From the NCBI GenBank assembly GCA_963665765.1, contig OY762464.1, positions 233,741 through 297,740 on the forward strand: 64,000 bases of DNA, in the 5' to 3' direction. Under the pieces are notes generated by a model. The model ran no database searches and was not told the origin of the DNA. It was given only the letters and a program-made list of their open reading frames with translations. Position numbers and translations under genes: made by a program. Every line of letters begins with the position of its first letter. Within the stretch, counting starts at the first letter, position 1. This DNA is from Acidimicrobiia bacterium (GTDB taxonomy: Bacteria; Actinomycetota; Acidimicrobiia; Spongiisociales; ZC4RG35). Of the stretch, positions 9,770 through 19,329 are shown piece by piece.

Positions 9770-11223
9770 GCCTGCGTTGGCGGTGGGCGCTCACCCTCGC
9801 CCTGGTGGCCGCTCTGGCCATCGGTCTCACGGCCTGGGCCGCCACTCTGTCGGCGGATCGTCAGCTTCGGGGCGCCGTGGACGCCAATCTTCGGGAACGC
9901 GCCGCCCACGTAAGCCGGGGAGAAATACCAGACAGCCATTCGGGGCCCGAAGTGCGGCGAAACCTCGGCGGCGACGTTCCCCAGCCGGAGGAAAGACCCT
10001 CCGTTCTCGACGATCTGCCGCGGGCCGCCGGACGATCCCGGATTGTGGATCTCGACGCGGTGTTGCAGGTCTTCGACCGCGAGGGCGGAGTGGTTCTCCG
10101 GATAGGTCCCGACCAAGTGAATCTCCCCATCGAGACCGTCGATCTGGGAGTGGCGACCGGAGCGGGCAGATCGGTGATACGAGATGTTCGCATCGGCGGC
10201 GTCGCCTACCGGATGATCACCGCCCGGCTCTGGGATCCGGCCCGTGACAACGCATCGGGGACCGCCTTCCAGATCGCCACGGACGTTTCTCGGGTCAATG
10301 CCAATCTTGCCGGGTTCACCCGTCGGATGGTGCCCATCGGGGTGATCGGCATCCTGCTGGTGGGGCTCACCGGATGGATACTGGCCTCCCGAGCTGTTCG
10401 ACCGGTCAGTGATCTCGCCGAGGCGGCCGAGCAGATCGCGGCAACGGAGCGACTCGACACCGAAACACGACTCAACCGCTCCGCACCTGGCGAAATCGGA
10501 CGTTTGGCCACCGCCTTCTCGGCGATGCTCTCCGCACTGGCCACCTCCCGGAAGCAGCAGCAGCGACTGGTCTCCGACGCCGGCCACGAATTCCGCACTC
10601 CCATCACAGCTTTGAAAACCAACCTCGAGACTCTTCTCCGCCAGAACCAAAACCTCACCGATGAGCAACGCCGCCGGATGCTGGAGGCTGCTCTGGCCGA
10701 ATCGAATCAGTTGGCGGGCTTGGCGACCGAACTTGTGGATCTCTCCACGGATGTCCACCAGAACAACGAGGACTACGACGACATAGAGACGGATGAACTG
10801 GCGTCCGACATCGCCCATCGTTTCCGGCGGATCGGCGGCAAGAAGGTGGTGATCACCGGAAAGGGCGCATCGGTCAAAGGCAGGCGATCGCAACTGGAAA
10901 GGGCCCTGGGCAACCTGGTTGACAACGCCGTCAAATGGGCAACGGAAAGGGTGGAAATCCACCTTGACGGCGGCCGGGTAAGGGTTACCGATGACGGGCC
11001 CGGAATCTCCGAGGAGGACCTGCCTCACATTTTCAATCGTTTCTACCGGTCAAGGGATGTCCGCTCCACTCCCGGTTCCGGTCTCGGCCTGGCCATTGTG
11101 CAGCACCTGGTGGTGGCCCACGGCGGAACAGTATTCGCCCGCAATGGCGCCTCGGGCGGTGCCCAGGTGGGCTTTGAACTTCCCGTGGAGCGAGTAAAGG
11201 AACCTCCGGATCGATCGGAGTAA
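9766..11223 (+). CDS. sensor histidine kinase (HAMP-HisKA-HATPase)
   Basis: H-box [10 protein letters not shown], HATPase G-boxes ([15 protein letters not shown]) and two TM segments. Its GTG start overlaps the response-regulator stop. Confidence 0.9.
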   Translation: MSLRWRWALTLALVAALAIGLTAWAATLSADRQLRGAVDANLRERAAHVSRGEIPDSHSGPEVRRNLGGDVPQPEERPSVLDDLPRAAGRSRIVDLDAVLQVFDREGGVVLRIGPDQVNLPIETVDLGVATGAGRSVIRDVRIGGVAYRMITARLWDPARDNASGTAFQIATDVSRVNANLAGFTRRMVPIGVIGILLVGLTGWILASRAVRPVSDLAEAAEQIAATERLDTETRLNRSAPGEIGRLATAFSAMLSALATSRKQQQRLVSDAGHEFRTPITALKTNLETLLRQNQNLTDEQRRRMLEAALAESNQLAGLATELVDLSTDVHQNNEDYDDIETDELASDIAHRFRRIGGKKVVITGKGASVKGRRSQLERALGNLVDNAVKWATERVEIHLDGGRVRVTDDGPGISEEDLPHIFNRFYRSRDVRSTPGSGLGLAIVQHLVVAHGGTVFARNGASGGAQVGFELPVERVKEPPDRSE

Positions 11224-11334
11224 GTCCACCAAACCCAGGGCGATTCCACCTCAACCGGTGGATTTCACCCGGGCCGCACGGCCTCCCAAAGAGAAAGGGA
11301 CTCTAGACCCCCAAGGCGCCTAACATCCAACGGC

Positions 11335-12381
11335 ATGATCGAACGGGTGGTATTGGCCGAGCCGCGTGGATTCTGCGCGGGGGTGGAAATGGCCATCAAG
11401 GCCTTGATTTGGATGGTGCGCATATTCGATCCGCCCGTCTACTGCTACCACGAGATTGTTCACAACCATTGGGTGGTGGATGCTTTCCGGAAGGTGGGCG
11501 TTGTTTTCGTGGACGACGTGTCAGACGTCCCGGTGGGGGCGCCGGTCATGTTGTCCGCTCATGGCTCGGGGCCCCAGGTGATGGACTCTGCCCACGATCG
11601 GGCGGCGATAGTCATCGATTCCGTGTGTCCCTTGGTCACCAAGGTTCATCACGAGGTGAAGAGGATGTCGAAGAACGGGTACGACATCCTGTATGTCGGG
11701 CACGAGCAACATGATGAAGCCGTCGGGACTATGGCGATCTCTCCACAGACGATCACCCTGGTTACCCCCGAAAAAAGACTCGGGGATTTCCAACCCAAAG
11801 ACCCGGAACGGGTTGCCCTGCTGGCTCAGACCACTCTGGGGATGCACGAGTGGGAGGCTATTCACACCGAAGCCGACCTCCGGTTTCCCAACCTGTGGAC
11901 CGCCCGACGTTCCGACCTCTGCTATGCCACCACCAACCGCCAATCTGCTGTCCAGAGCATGGCGACCTATTGCGACTTGATACTGGTGGTGGGGTCGGCA
12001 AACTCCTCCAACACCCAGGCGCTGGTGCGAGTGGCCAAAGAGATGGGGACGGTCGCCTACCGCATCAACCATGCCGACGACATCTCCGCCGAGTGGCTGG
12101 AGAACGTGGAGACGGTGGGTTTGACCGCCGGCGCCTCGGCGCCCGATCATCTGGTCCAGGAGGTGATCGAAGCGTTGTCACCCCGCCAGGGGGTGGAACC
12201 GGCCCATATCACCGACGAAGAGGAGTACTTTCCGCTTCCCCGCCAGCTTCGGGTTTTCATAACGGTGCTCGGCCAGTTGGTGGAAGCCGCCCTCACCGTC
12301 CCCGCCTCCAATTGGAGCAGTTGGAATCAAAACGACCGCTCGTGGTCTGCCATAGCTGCGCTGAACAGCATCGTCAGCTAA
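11335..12381 (+). CDS. ispH: 4-hydroxy-3-methylbut-2-enyl diphosphate reductase
   Basis: EPRGFCAGVEMAI..SAHGS..SVCPLVTKVH..GHEQHDE conserved IspH/LytB blocks. Confidence 0.9.
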   Translation: MIERVVLAEPRGFCAGVEMAIKALIWMVRIFDPPVYCYHEIVHNHWVVDAFRKVGVVFVDDVSDVPVGAPVMLSAHGSGPQVMDSAHDRAAIVIDSVCPLVTKVHHEVKRMSKNGYDILYVGHEQHDEAVGTMAISPQTITLVTPEKRLGDFQPKDPERVALLAQTTLGMHEWEAIHTEADLRFPNLWTARRSDLCYATTNRQSAVQSMATYCDLILVVGSANSSNTQALVRVAKEMGTVAYRINHADDISAEWLENVETVGLTAGASAPDHLVQEVIEALSPRQGVEPAHITDEEEYFPLPRQLRVFITVLGQLVEAALTVPASNWSSWNQNDRSWSAIAALNSIVS

Positions 12382-12420
12382 CTCGGTCGGCGACCGCGGC
12401 CATCTGACTCCCTTCGGCCG

Positions 12421-13215
12421 ATGAATTCTGAAGATGCCCCCCGACGCCGGTCGATCAGATTGGTGCGGGACTCCTATCCTCACCATCCCGCCTTCGACAC
12501 GGCTGTGTCCCGCGCCATCCTGGAGGAGGTGTCGGTTGGCCGGTTGGGGGAGACCTTTCGCTTGTACACACCGGGCCGGGTGGTGGCTTTCGGACGGCAG
12601 GATGTGGTGGCCGAGGGTTATCGAGAAGCGGTGCAGGCCTGCCGCGCGGCGGGGTTCGAGGCGGTGGAGCGGCTGGCGGGGGGACGGGCGGCCGTGTTCC
12701 ACGAGGGAACTCTGGCCTTTTCGTGGGCGATCCCCACCTCCGATCCACTCGGGGGAATCAAGGAGCGATTCACCGAAATCGACGGGATCGTGGTCAAGGC
12801 TCTCCATCGGATGGGCTTCGATGCGCGGGTCGGGGAAGTGCCCGGCGAATACTGCCCGGGGCGTTACAGCGTGAACCTGGAGGGGCGGTGGAAAGTCATG
12901 GGAGTGGGACAACGCCTCCGCCGGGGGGTGGCGCATGTGGGCGGAGTGGTGGTGGTGTTCGGCAGAGAGCCCATCAACCGAGTCCTCATCCCGGTCTACC
13001 GAGAGCTTTCCTTCCCCTGGGATCCGAGCGCCACCGGGTCGCTTCGCGCCGCCCGCTCCGACATGACTACGGGGCAGGTGGCGGGTTCCCTGAGCGCAGA
13101 GTTGGCTTCTGTGGCAAAGATATCGGAAAGCGGCCTGGACGAATCGACCCTCCGGATGGCGGAGAGCTTTTTGCCCGACCATTTGTCGCCCGGCCGACCG
13201 ATGCCGGCCGAGTAG
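12421..13215 (+). CDS. lipoate-protein ligase / octanoyltransferase family protein (BPL/LPL catalytic domain)
   Basis: Family resemblance across the BPL_LplA_LipB catalytic fold (..RLAGGRAAVFHEG..KVMGVGQRLRRG..). Confidence 0.6.
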   Translation: MNSEDAPRRRSIRLVRDSYPHHPAFDTAVSRAILEEVSVGRLGETFRLYTPGRVVAFGRQDVVAEGYREAVQACRAAGFEAVERLAGGRAAVFHEGTLAFSWAIPTSDPLGGIKERFTEIDGIVVKALHRMGFDARVGEVPGEYCPGRYSVNLEGRWKVMGVGQRLRRGVAHVGGVVVVFGREPINRVLIPVYRELSFPWDPSATGSLRAARSDMTTGQVAGSLSAELASVAKISESGLDESTLRMAESFLPDHLSPGRPMPAE

Positions 13216-13225
13216 CCTCCGGGCC

Positions 13226-14356
13226 ATGGGCATGCGGATCGCCGTGGTCAACGGACCAAACCTCAATCTGCTGGGGACCCGGCAACCGGAGGTCTACGGT
13301 CACACCACGCTCGACCGGTTGATCAGGCTGCTGGCCGCGTGGGGCCGGTCGGTGGGCGCCGAGATAGCCCACTTCCAGTCCAACCGCGAGGGCGCCATCA
13401 TCGATCACCTCCACAGCCTGCGGGGTCAGACAGATGGCATCGTGATCAACCCGGGCGCTCTCACTCATTATTCCCGCAGTCTGGCCGACGCCCTGGCGGC
13501 AACAGAACTTCCCATTGTGGAGGTTCACATCTCCAACGTCATGGAAAGAGAACGGTGGCGGCAGCACTCGGTGGTGTCGCCGGTGTGCGTTCGCACCATC
13601 TATGGGAGAGGAGTGGAGGGGTACATGTGGGGAATCCGTCACCTCCACTACCGGCTGTTGGGCAATCCTCAGACGATCAGAGGCGCGGCGGGGGCGGTGG
13701 GCGACCTCCGGCTGCCCGAAGGTAGCAGTCCTCATCCGGTGGTGGTGCTGCTGCATGGCGGAGGATGGATGGGCCAATGGCGACGGGACCAGTTGGACGG
13801 GATGGCGGTGGACCTGGCCGACAGTGGCTATGCAACCTACAATTTCGAATACCTACCGCCCCGGGGGAGCGGCCGATTTCCAGTCACCATCGAAACCACC
13901 CGACAGGCTTACCGGGAGATCGCCGATCGGGTTGAGTTGGACGCCCAACGGGTGGCGCTCCTGGGCCACTCGGCGGGCGGAAATCTGGCCTTGATGGCGT
14001 CGGTGTGGTGGAGACGATGGGGGCACGCTCCCCGCTTGGCGATATCTCTGGCCGGCATAACCACTCTGCGGATGGACAGCGACCTCGATCGCGCCTATCT
14101 GGCGGGCCAGGACCCGAAGGCATCCTCCCCCGGTCGACTGATCCCGCTGGGGGTCGATTCCTTATTGATCCACGCCCAGGACGACGAATTGGTGCCGTCG
14201 GATCATTCAACCGGATTCGCCGGGGCGGCCACCGCGGCCGGTGACCGGGCGGAGACGTTGATTCTCAAAAACGGCGGGCACCTGGGTTTTCTGGATATAG
14301 GAAACCGCGCCTGGGCACAGGCCCGAGAAAGGATCGCCGCCGCTTTTCCGGCATGA
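13226..14356 (+). CDS. aroQ: fusion protein: type II 3-dehydroquinate dehydratase (AroQ) N-domain plus alpha/beta-hydrolase (esterase) C-domain
   Basis: Residues 1-145 are an AroQ-II core (IAVVNGPNLNLLGTRQPEVYG..HISNV..RE.WRQHS). After about residue 170 there is an intact hydrolase: HGGGW oxyanion hole, GHSAGG nucleophile elbow, and later D and H of the triad. The reading frame is continuous. Confidence 0.8.
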   Translation: MGMRIAVVNGPNLNLLGTRQPEVYGHTTLDRLIRLLAAWGRSVGAEIAHFQSNREGAIIDHLHSLRGQTDGIVINPGALTHYSRSLADALAATELPIVEVHISNVMERERWRQHSVVSPVCVRTIYGRGVEGYMWGIRHLHYRLLGNPQTIRGAAGAVGDLRLPEGSSPHPVVVLLHGGGWMGQWRRDQLDGMAVDLADSGYATYNFEYLPPRGSGRFPVTIETTRQAYREIADRVELDAQRVALLGHSAGGNLALMASVWWRRWGHAPRLAISLAGITTLRMDSDLDRAYLAGQDPKASSPGRLIPLGVDSLLIHAQDDELVPSDHSTGFAGAATAAGDRAETLILKNGGHLGFLDIGNRAWAQARERIAAAFPA

Positions 14357-15021
14357 CCTCGACTCAGGGCCGAACGTTCGACCAGCCCGAGAGGGATTGG
14401 CTTCAACAGTTGAGGCGCCGCCGGGTCATCTGGTTGAGCATCTCGTTGGTGGTGCTGGTCTTGACCGTGCTAGGGCTTTTCAATCTCTTCTCCCGCCGCC
14501 GCCCCGCGCCTCCGCCACCCCGAGAACCAGTGATCTTCGGTCTTCATGGTCGCAGCGCGGGCGGGGCGGCCGGGCAAATGCTGGTCTCGGCGCTCACCGG
14601 CGGCCCGGATTTGGTTTTGGTCGAGCCCGCTTTGGTGTCGAGCCCCTTGTCTGAACCGGCCGAGACCGGGGGGTTGTCCCGCCCGAGATCGGAGACCGGG
14701 CCGGGGGACGCTCCCTACCTGAGGCGAAAGACCCTCACCTCCGCGGAGATCACCGATCTTGCTTCCCGGTATTTTTTGGACAGCGATGTGGTTCGGGCGC
14801 TGCGACTGGCCTGGTGCCTGTCCGGGTTCGATCCCCAGGCCATCGACCCACGCACCGGTCGGGTCGGGCTGTTCCAACACGATCCGGTCTTCTGGCCCGA
14901 TCATGCTCAGCTCGCCGGGTTCCGGGGCTACGACCCTTTCGATCCCGTCGCCAACACGGCGGTGGCCGCCTATCTGATCTATGAGGGCGAGGGATGGCAA
15001 ACTTGGGACTGTCTCACATAA
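14353..15021 (+). CDS. membrane-anchored protein with a C-terminal Rpf/transglycosylase-like domain
   Basis: An N-terminal TM helix and a C-terminal ..AWCLSGFDP..GLFQ..WPDHA..GWQTWDC that resembles the Rpf CESGGNW..GL.F..AWP.C pattern. Leu stands where the Rpf catalytic Glu would be. Confidence 0.45.
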   Translation: MTSTQGRTFDQPERDWLQQLRRRRVIWLSISLVVLVLTVLGLFNLFSRRRPAPPPPREPVIFGLHGRSAGGAAGQMLVSALTGGPDLVLVEPALVSSPLSEPAETGGLSRPRSETGPGDAPYLRRKTLTSAEITDLASRYFLDSDVVRALRLAWCLSGFDPQAIDPRTGRVGLFQHDPVFWPDHAQLAGFRGYDPFDPVANTAVAAYLIYEGEGWQTWDCLT

Positions 15022-16054
15022 TGGACCGAAGATGACCCGCTCCCGTTCCCGGACCTCAGGACGCCGCACCAACCTGACCTTGGCGATTCTGCTGCCATTG
15101 GCGGCGCTGAGCGGATTCCTTTCCTTTGCGGTGGGCGTCGATTGGGATGTGAATCCGACCACCATCCATGCGGTGACGGCTCTGGCGGTGGCCTTGCTGA
15201 CCCCCTGGAAGTCGGCGGTGGTCCGCCGGGGCATGGCGCGCCGGCGGCCAACCCGCTGGATATCGGTGGCCTTGGGCAGCCTGGTGGCAATCACGCTGGT
15301 ATCCGGGCTGATCCAGGTCACCGGGCTAACCGATCGCATCGGGCCACTCACCGTAATGCAGGTGCACGTGGGGGGCGGAATAGCGACGGTGGTGATGGTC
15401 TGGCTCCACTACCGCTCGCATCCGGTGCGTCTCCGCCGCATGGACCTCGACCGAAGGGCTTTGCTACGCGGCGCCGGTCTGGTGGGGATAGCTGCCGTAG
15501 TGTGGGCCGGATGGGAATCCACCATCCGCGCGGCGGGTTTGCCCGGCGGTGAACGGCGATTCACCGGCTCCCATGAGCGCGGCTCGGGAGATCCCACCCA
15601 GATGCCGGTCACCTCCTGGCTCAACGACCGGGTCCCCCGCATGGACGGCGCCGCCTGGAGACTGGACCTGGAGACGGGTGAGAAACAGTTGAGCCTGGCG
15701 GATCTGGAACGCCTGCCTCAAGAGAGGTTCACCGCGGTGTTGGACTGCACCGGCGGATGGTATTCCGAACAGGAGTGGGAGGGTGTCCGCTTGGACCAAT
15801 TGTTGGTTCCCGGGGATGCCGAAAGTGTGGTGGTGAGATCGTCCACCGGCTATCAGCGGCGCTTTCCCGTCTCCGATCTCTCCCGTCTATGGCTGGCCAC
15901 CCGATTGCAAGGCAAGTCGCTCAGCCCCGGGCACGGGTTTCCCGCCCGTCTGGTGGTGCCCGGACGTCGGGGATTCTGGTGGGTGAAATGGGTGGTGGAG
16001 ATCCGGACTTCCACCCGACCATCCTGGCTTCAGCTGCCCTTTCCCCCCACCTGA
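14981..16054 (+). CDS. membrane-anchored molybdopterin-dependent oxidoreductase (sulfite-oxidase fold; MsrP/YedY-like domain)
   Basis: About four N-terminal TM helices containing His residues, then a Moco-binding domain (..LDCTGGWYSEQEWEGV..GFPARLVVPGRRGFWWVKWV). Confidence 0.8.
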   Translation: MRARDGKLGTVSHNGPKMTRSRSRTSGRRTNLTLAILLPLAALSGFLSFAVGVDWDVNPTTIHAVTALAVALLTPWKSAVVRRGMARRRPTRWISVALGSLVAITLVSGLIQVTGLTDRIGPLTVMQVHVGGGIATVVMVWLHYRSHPVRLRRMDLDRRALLRGAGLVGIAAVVWAGWESTIRAAGLPGGERRFTGSHERGSGDPTQMPVTSWLNDRVPRMDGAAWRLDLETGEKQLSLADLERLPQERFTAVLDCTGGWYSEQEWEGVRLDQLLVPGDAESVVVRSSTGYQRRFPVSDLSRLWLATRLQGKSLSPGHGFPARLVVPGRRGFWWVKWVVEIRTSTRPSWLQLPFPPT

Positions 16055-16204
16055 AATCGGCGCCGGGCACCGGCAGTGGTAACGGGGCGCGGCCCGGAAG
16101 CGGCCGGCCCCAGGAGATGTCAACCTATCCCTGCTCCAACACCCCATCCCGGCCGGAGGACACCGGGCCCGAGCAATCCCACCGCCGGCAATAGAATCTG
16201 GCGG

Positions 16205-16459
16205 ATGTGTCGAAACATCACCATATTGCGCGGGCTGCAGCCTCCCGCCACCCCGCAAGAGATCGAGTCGGCCGCCCGTCAGTATGTGCGGAAAGTAAGC
16301 GGCGTGCAAAAAACCTCGGCGGCGACCGAGCAAGCCTTCGAAAAAGCGGTGTCGCAGATCAGTCTGGCCACCGACCAGTTGCTGTCCACCCTTCCGCCTC
16401 GCAGGGTCCCTCCCCGTCACGGCCCGCCCCTTCGCCGGCGGACTCAAAAACCGGCTTGA
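16205..16459 (+). CDS. DUF2277-like small protein (MCRNI.. family)
   Basis: An internal Met of ORF 16076..16459 gives MCRNITILRGLQPPATPQEIESAARQYVRKVSG.. (84 aa). This recalls the conserved actinobacterial DUF2277 N-terminus. Confidence 0.55.
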   Translation: MCRNITILRGLQPPATPQEIESAARQYVRKVSGVQKTSAATEQAFEKAVSQISLATDQLLSTLPPRRVPPRHGPPLRRRTQKPA

Positions 16460-16537
16460 CAAGCTAACGGGGCTTTCTTCCCCGGTAAGTCAAATGGCGG
16501 ACCATTCTCTTTGGGCCGATCAACAGTCCCGTTATTA

Positions 16538-16552
16538 TGATAATGATTATCA
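16538..16552. promoter_or_regulatory. Zur/Fur-family operator (7-1-7 palindrome TGATAATGATTATCA) upstream of the znuA-like gene
   Basis: Perfect palindrome tgataat-g-attatca inside an AT-rich patch, 10 nt upstream of the RBS aaggagga. It matches the actinobacterial Zur-box architecture (TGAAAATGATTTTCA). Confidence 0.6.
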
Positions 16553-16568
16553 CTATTACTAAGGAGGA

Positions 16569-17639
16569 GTGATGCTGAAGGCAACAAAGAGTCGTATTTG
16601 GGTGCTTGCAGTGGCGATGATGTTATTGGGCGCCGCATGTGGTGGTGACGCTGATAGCGAACCGACCGTCGGTGTGACGGAAGATTCGGGATCTCCCGCG
16701 GCGGACGGCGCCGGGTCGGGCGATGAATTGTACGTAGTGGTCACCACCACCATTCTCGGTGATCTGGTGAAAGCATTGGTGGGCGACGCCGGAACCGTAG
16801 AGATCCTGCTTCCGGTGGGGGCCGATCCCCACGACTTTCAAATGTCTTCCCAGGATGGCACCAAGCTCCGGGAGGCGGATCTAGTGGTAGCCAACGGCCT
16901 CGGCCTGGAGGAAAGTCTGTCGGCGATCTTTGATTCCGCCCGCCAGGATGGGGCCCGAGTGCTTGAAGTGGGAGACCAGGCGGATCCCCTGGAATGGGGT
17001 GAAGGCAGGGGAGAAGATCACGAGGAGGAGGGCGACCACGACGAGGATGAAGGCGAAGGCGACCACGACGAGGAAGGCGACCACGACGACCACGGCGGGG
17101 CATTCGATCCCCACTTCTGGTTCGATCCCTCTCGGGTGGAGAAGGCTGTCCGGGCCATTGTCGGCGAACTGATCGACGTCGGCTCAGGCCTCTCATCCGC
17201 CGAATGGAACGAGCGGGCCGATAACCTGATAGCCCTCATCCGCCAAGCCGCCACCGAAGCTGAAGGGATACTGTCCGCAGTGCCCGCCGCCGACCGGATA
17301 CTGGTGACCAACCACGATTCATTCTTGTATTTCGGGGAGTATTTCGGGTTCGAAATCTTGGACACCATCCTTTCGGGAGGATCCACTCTGGCTCAGCCCG
17401 GCACTGCCCACCTGGCCGAATTGGTGGATGCGATAGCCCGGGAAGGGGTGCCTGCGATCTTCGCCGATACCACCGCCGATACCCGGCTTCCGCGGACCGT
17501 GGCTGCAGAATTTGATCCTCCCCTCGAGGTAGTGGAGCTGTACACCGGGTCGCTGGGGCCCGCCGGCACCGAAGCCGACACCTATCCGAAATGGCTGGTG
17601 AGCAACGCTCGCTTGATCGCCGAGGCGTTGACCGGCTGA
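16569..17639 (+). CDS. znuA: metal (zinc) ABC transporter substrate-binding lipoprotein, ZnuA/TroA family
   Basis: Lipoprotein signal LLGAAC (GTG start) and a His/Asp/Glu-rich loop GEDHEEEGDHDEDEGEGDHDEEGDHDDHG typical of ZnuA. Cluster-9 SBP fold. Confidence 0.85.
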   Translation: MMLKATKSRIWVLAVAMMLLGAACGGDADSEPTVGVTEDSGSPAADGAGSGDELYVVVTTTILGDLVKALVGDAGTVEILLPVGADPHDFQMSSQDGTKLREADLVVANGLGLEESLSAIFDSARQDGARVLEVGDQADPLEWGEGRGEDHEEEGDHDEDEGEGDHDEEGDHDDHGGAFDPHFWFDPSRVEKAVRAIVGELIDVGSGLSSAEWNERADNLIALIRQAATEAEGILSAVPAADRILVTNHDSFLYFGEYFGFEILDTILSGGSTLAQPGTAHLAELVDAIAREGVPAIFADTTADTRLPRTVAAEFDPPLEVVELYTGSLGPAGTEADTYPKWLVSNARLIAEALTG

Positions 17640-17642
17640 CGA

Positions 17643-18332
17643 TCAGGAGGAAGGATTCTCCTCGGACACCCTTGCCAACTCCGGACCGGTCAGGCGGCGG
17701 AAACACCGTCTGGCCGGTCCTCGCTCCAATACGGCCGCTTCCCAGCCGTCCAACGGGCGACGTTCGGTTTCGGCAAACACCTGCATGCCCAACCGGAGCG
17801 CGGCGTTTCGATCCAACCCTGGTTCAAAGCGGTCCCGGAGCGCCGTCCCCAGCACATCGGCCTTCCCTCCAATGGCCAGGGCCTCCCGCCCCTCCAGCAA
17901 GGTTCCGTCATAGCTGATCTGCAACATCTGGTTGGGCTGTCCCTCCAACCCCAATTCGCATATCAGAAGCTCCACCTCGAAAGGCTTGGCCTCGTGGGAG
18001 AAAATAACCCCCAGGGTCTGTGAAAAGGCGGTCGCCAGACCCAGGGCGGTGACATCGTCGCGGCTGTAGAGATACCCCATCACGTCGGCCTGGCGAATCC
18101 CCGCCTTCCGAAGCGTCTCGAATTCGTTGTAGCGACCCACGCCGGCAAACGCGATCCGATCGTAGACTTCGCTGATCTTGTTGAGAGACCCCCCGGGATT
18201 CTCGGCCAGCATCAGCAAACCATCCCGATACTCCATCGCCAGAATGGAACGCCCCCTGGCAATTCCCTTGCGAGCGAACTCGGCCCGGTCACGGACAAGT
18301 TGCTCGGGCGTGACATAGAAGCCCGGGTTCAT
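17643..18332 (-). CDS. prcA: proteasome subunit alpha
   Basis: Full-length PrcA similarity (..YDRIAFAGVGRYNEFE..). Confidence 0.95.
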   Translation of the reverse strand: MNPGFYVTPEQLVRDRAEFARKGIARGRSILAMEYRDGLLMLAENPGGSLNKISEVYDRIAFAGVGRYNEFETLRKAGIRQADVMGYLYSRDDVTALGLATAFSQTLGVIFSHEAKPFEVELLICELGLEGQPNQMLQISYDGTLLEGREALAIGGKADVLGTALRDRFEPGLDRNAALRLGMQVFAETERRPLDGWEAAVLERGPARRCFRRLTGPELARVSEENPSS

Positions 18333-19126
18333 TGACCTTCCCTCAGCGCCGCCTCGGCCACCGACGCCAGATGATCATCGGAGACCTCCCGCACCCCGCC
18401 GCGGTCGATCATCACCAGGTTGGGCAGAATGCCGCGCCGCAGGTCAGGACCACCGGTGGCCACATCCACATCGGCGGCCGCCACCAAAGCGCCCATCACC
18501 TTTTCGACAACCTCATCCTCTGCCATCTCCGGCTTCCAAGCGGTACGCAGATAGGCCCGGGCCTGCACCGCGCCCGAGCCGGCCGCCCCGTACTGTTTCT
18601 CTTCATAACGTCCCCCCACCACATCGAAGGTGTAAACCCTGCCCTGATCGGAGGTCTGATCGTAACCGGCGAACAGGGGCACCACCGCCAGACCCTGGAA
18701 GGCCAGAGGCAATTGCGAACGGACCAGCCGGGACAGGAAGTTGGCCTTCCCCTCCAAGCTGAGCATGGCGCCCTCGATCTTTTCGTAGTGCTCCAATTCC
18801 ACCGTGAACAACCGCACCATCTCCAGCGCCAGACCGGCGGTTCCGGCCACTGCCACCGCCGACATCCGATCTGACCGGTAGACCTTGCGGATACGACGGT
18901 GGGCGATCAGATGGCCCTCCGTGGCTTGACGATCACCGCCGATCACCACTCCGTCCCCATAGCGACAGGCCAGGACGGTGGTGCCTTCGGGCGGATTGAG
19001 AGTTTGCGCCGGGCCGGCGGGAACCTTCCAGCGAGGGGCCAGTCCCAAGGAGTCCAACAGGTCGGAGAAACTCGATCCGGGAGCGGGCGCGCCCAAGGGC
19101 AAACCCCAATTCGGCAACTCGGTCAC
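18329..19126 (-). CDS. prcB: proteasome subunit beta (with propeptide)
   Basis: Propeptide followed by the TTVLA active-site Thr context. Overlaps prcA by 4 nt. Confidence 0.95.
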   Translation of the reverse strand: MTELPNWGLPLGAPAPGSSFSDLLDSLGLAPRWKVPAGPAQTLNPPEGTTVLACRYGDGVVIGGDRQATEGHLIAHRRIRKVYRSDRMSAVAVAGTAGLALEMVRLFTVELEHYEKIEGAMLSLEGKANFLSRLVRSQLPLAFQGLAVVPLFAGYDQTSDQGRVYTFDVVGGRYEEKQYGAAGSGAVQARAYLRTAWKPEMAEDEVVEKVMGALVAAADVDVATGGPDLRRGILPNLVMIDRGGVREVSDDHLASVAEAALREGQ

Positions 19127-19329
19127 TCCCCTCCCTTCTGTACGTAGTTCTTTACGAACTCCTCGGCGTTCTCCTCCAGCACACTGTCGATCTCATCCAA
19201 CAGTTCGTCTATCTTCTGGGAATCCATCTGCGCCATCCCCAACCCCGATAGATCACTCTCCGAGGGCGGCGGTCCCTCCTTGGATCGGCGACGACGCCTG
19301 TTCCGTTCCTGATCAGCCATTTCTTTCAC
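19123..19329 (-). CDS. pup: prokaryotic ubiquitin-like protein Pup (C-terminal GGE)
   Basis: 68 aa ending ..NYVQKGGE, with a disordered N-terminus and a helix-forming C-terminus. Confidence 0.95.
   Translation of the reverse strand: MKEMADQERNRRRRRSKEGPPPSESDLSGLGMAQMDSQKIDELLDEIDSVLEENAEEFVKNYVQKGGE

Noticed and set aside
9637-11028. 463-aa minus-strand ORF
   Set aside because: It is antisense to the sensor histidine kinase gene, which has clear H-box and ATPase motifs.
12178-13266. 362-aa minus-strand ORF
   Set aside because: It is antisense to ispH and the lipoate-ligase-like gene, with His/Arg/Pro-rich nonsense composition.
14470-15351. 293-aa minus-strand ORF
   Set aside because: It is antisense to the Rpf-like and molybdopterin-oxidoreductase genes, which have coherent domain structure.
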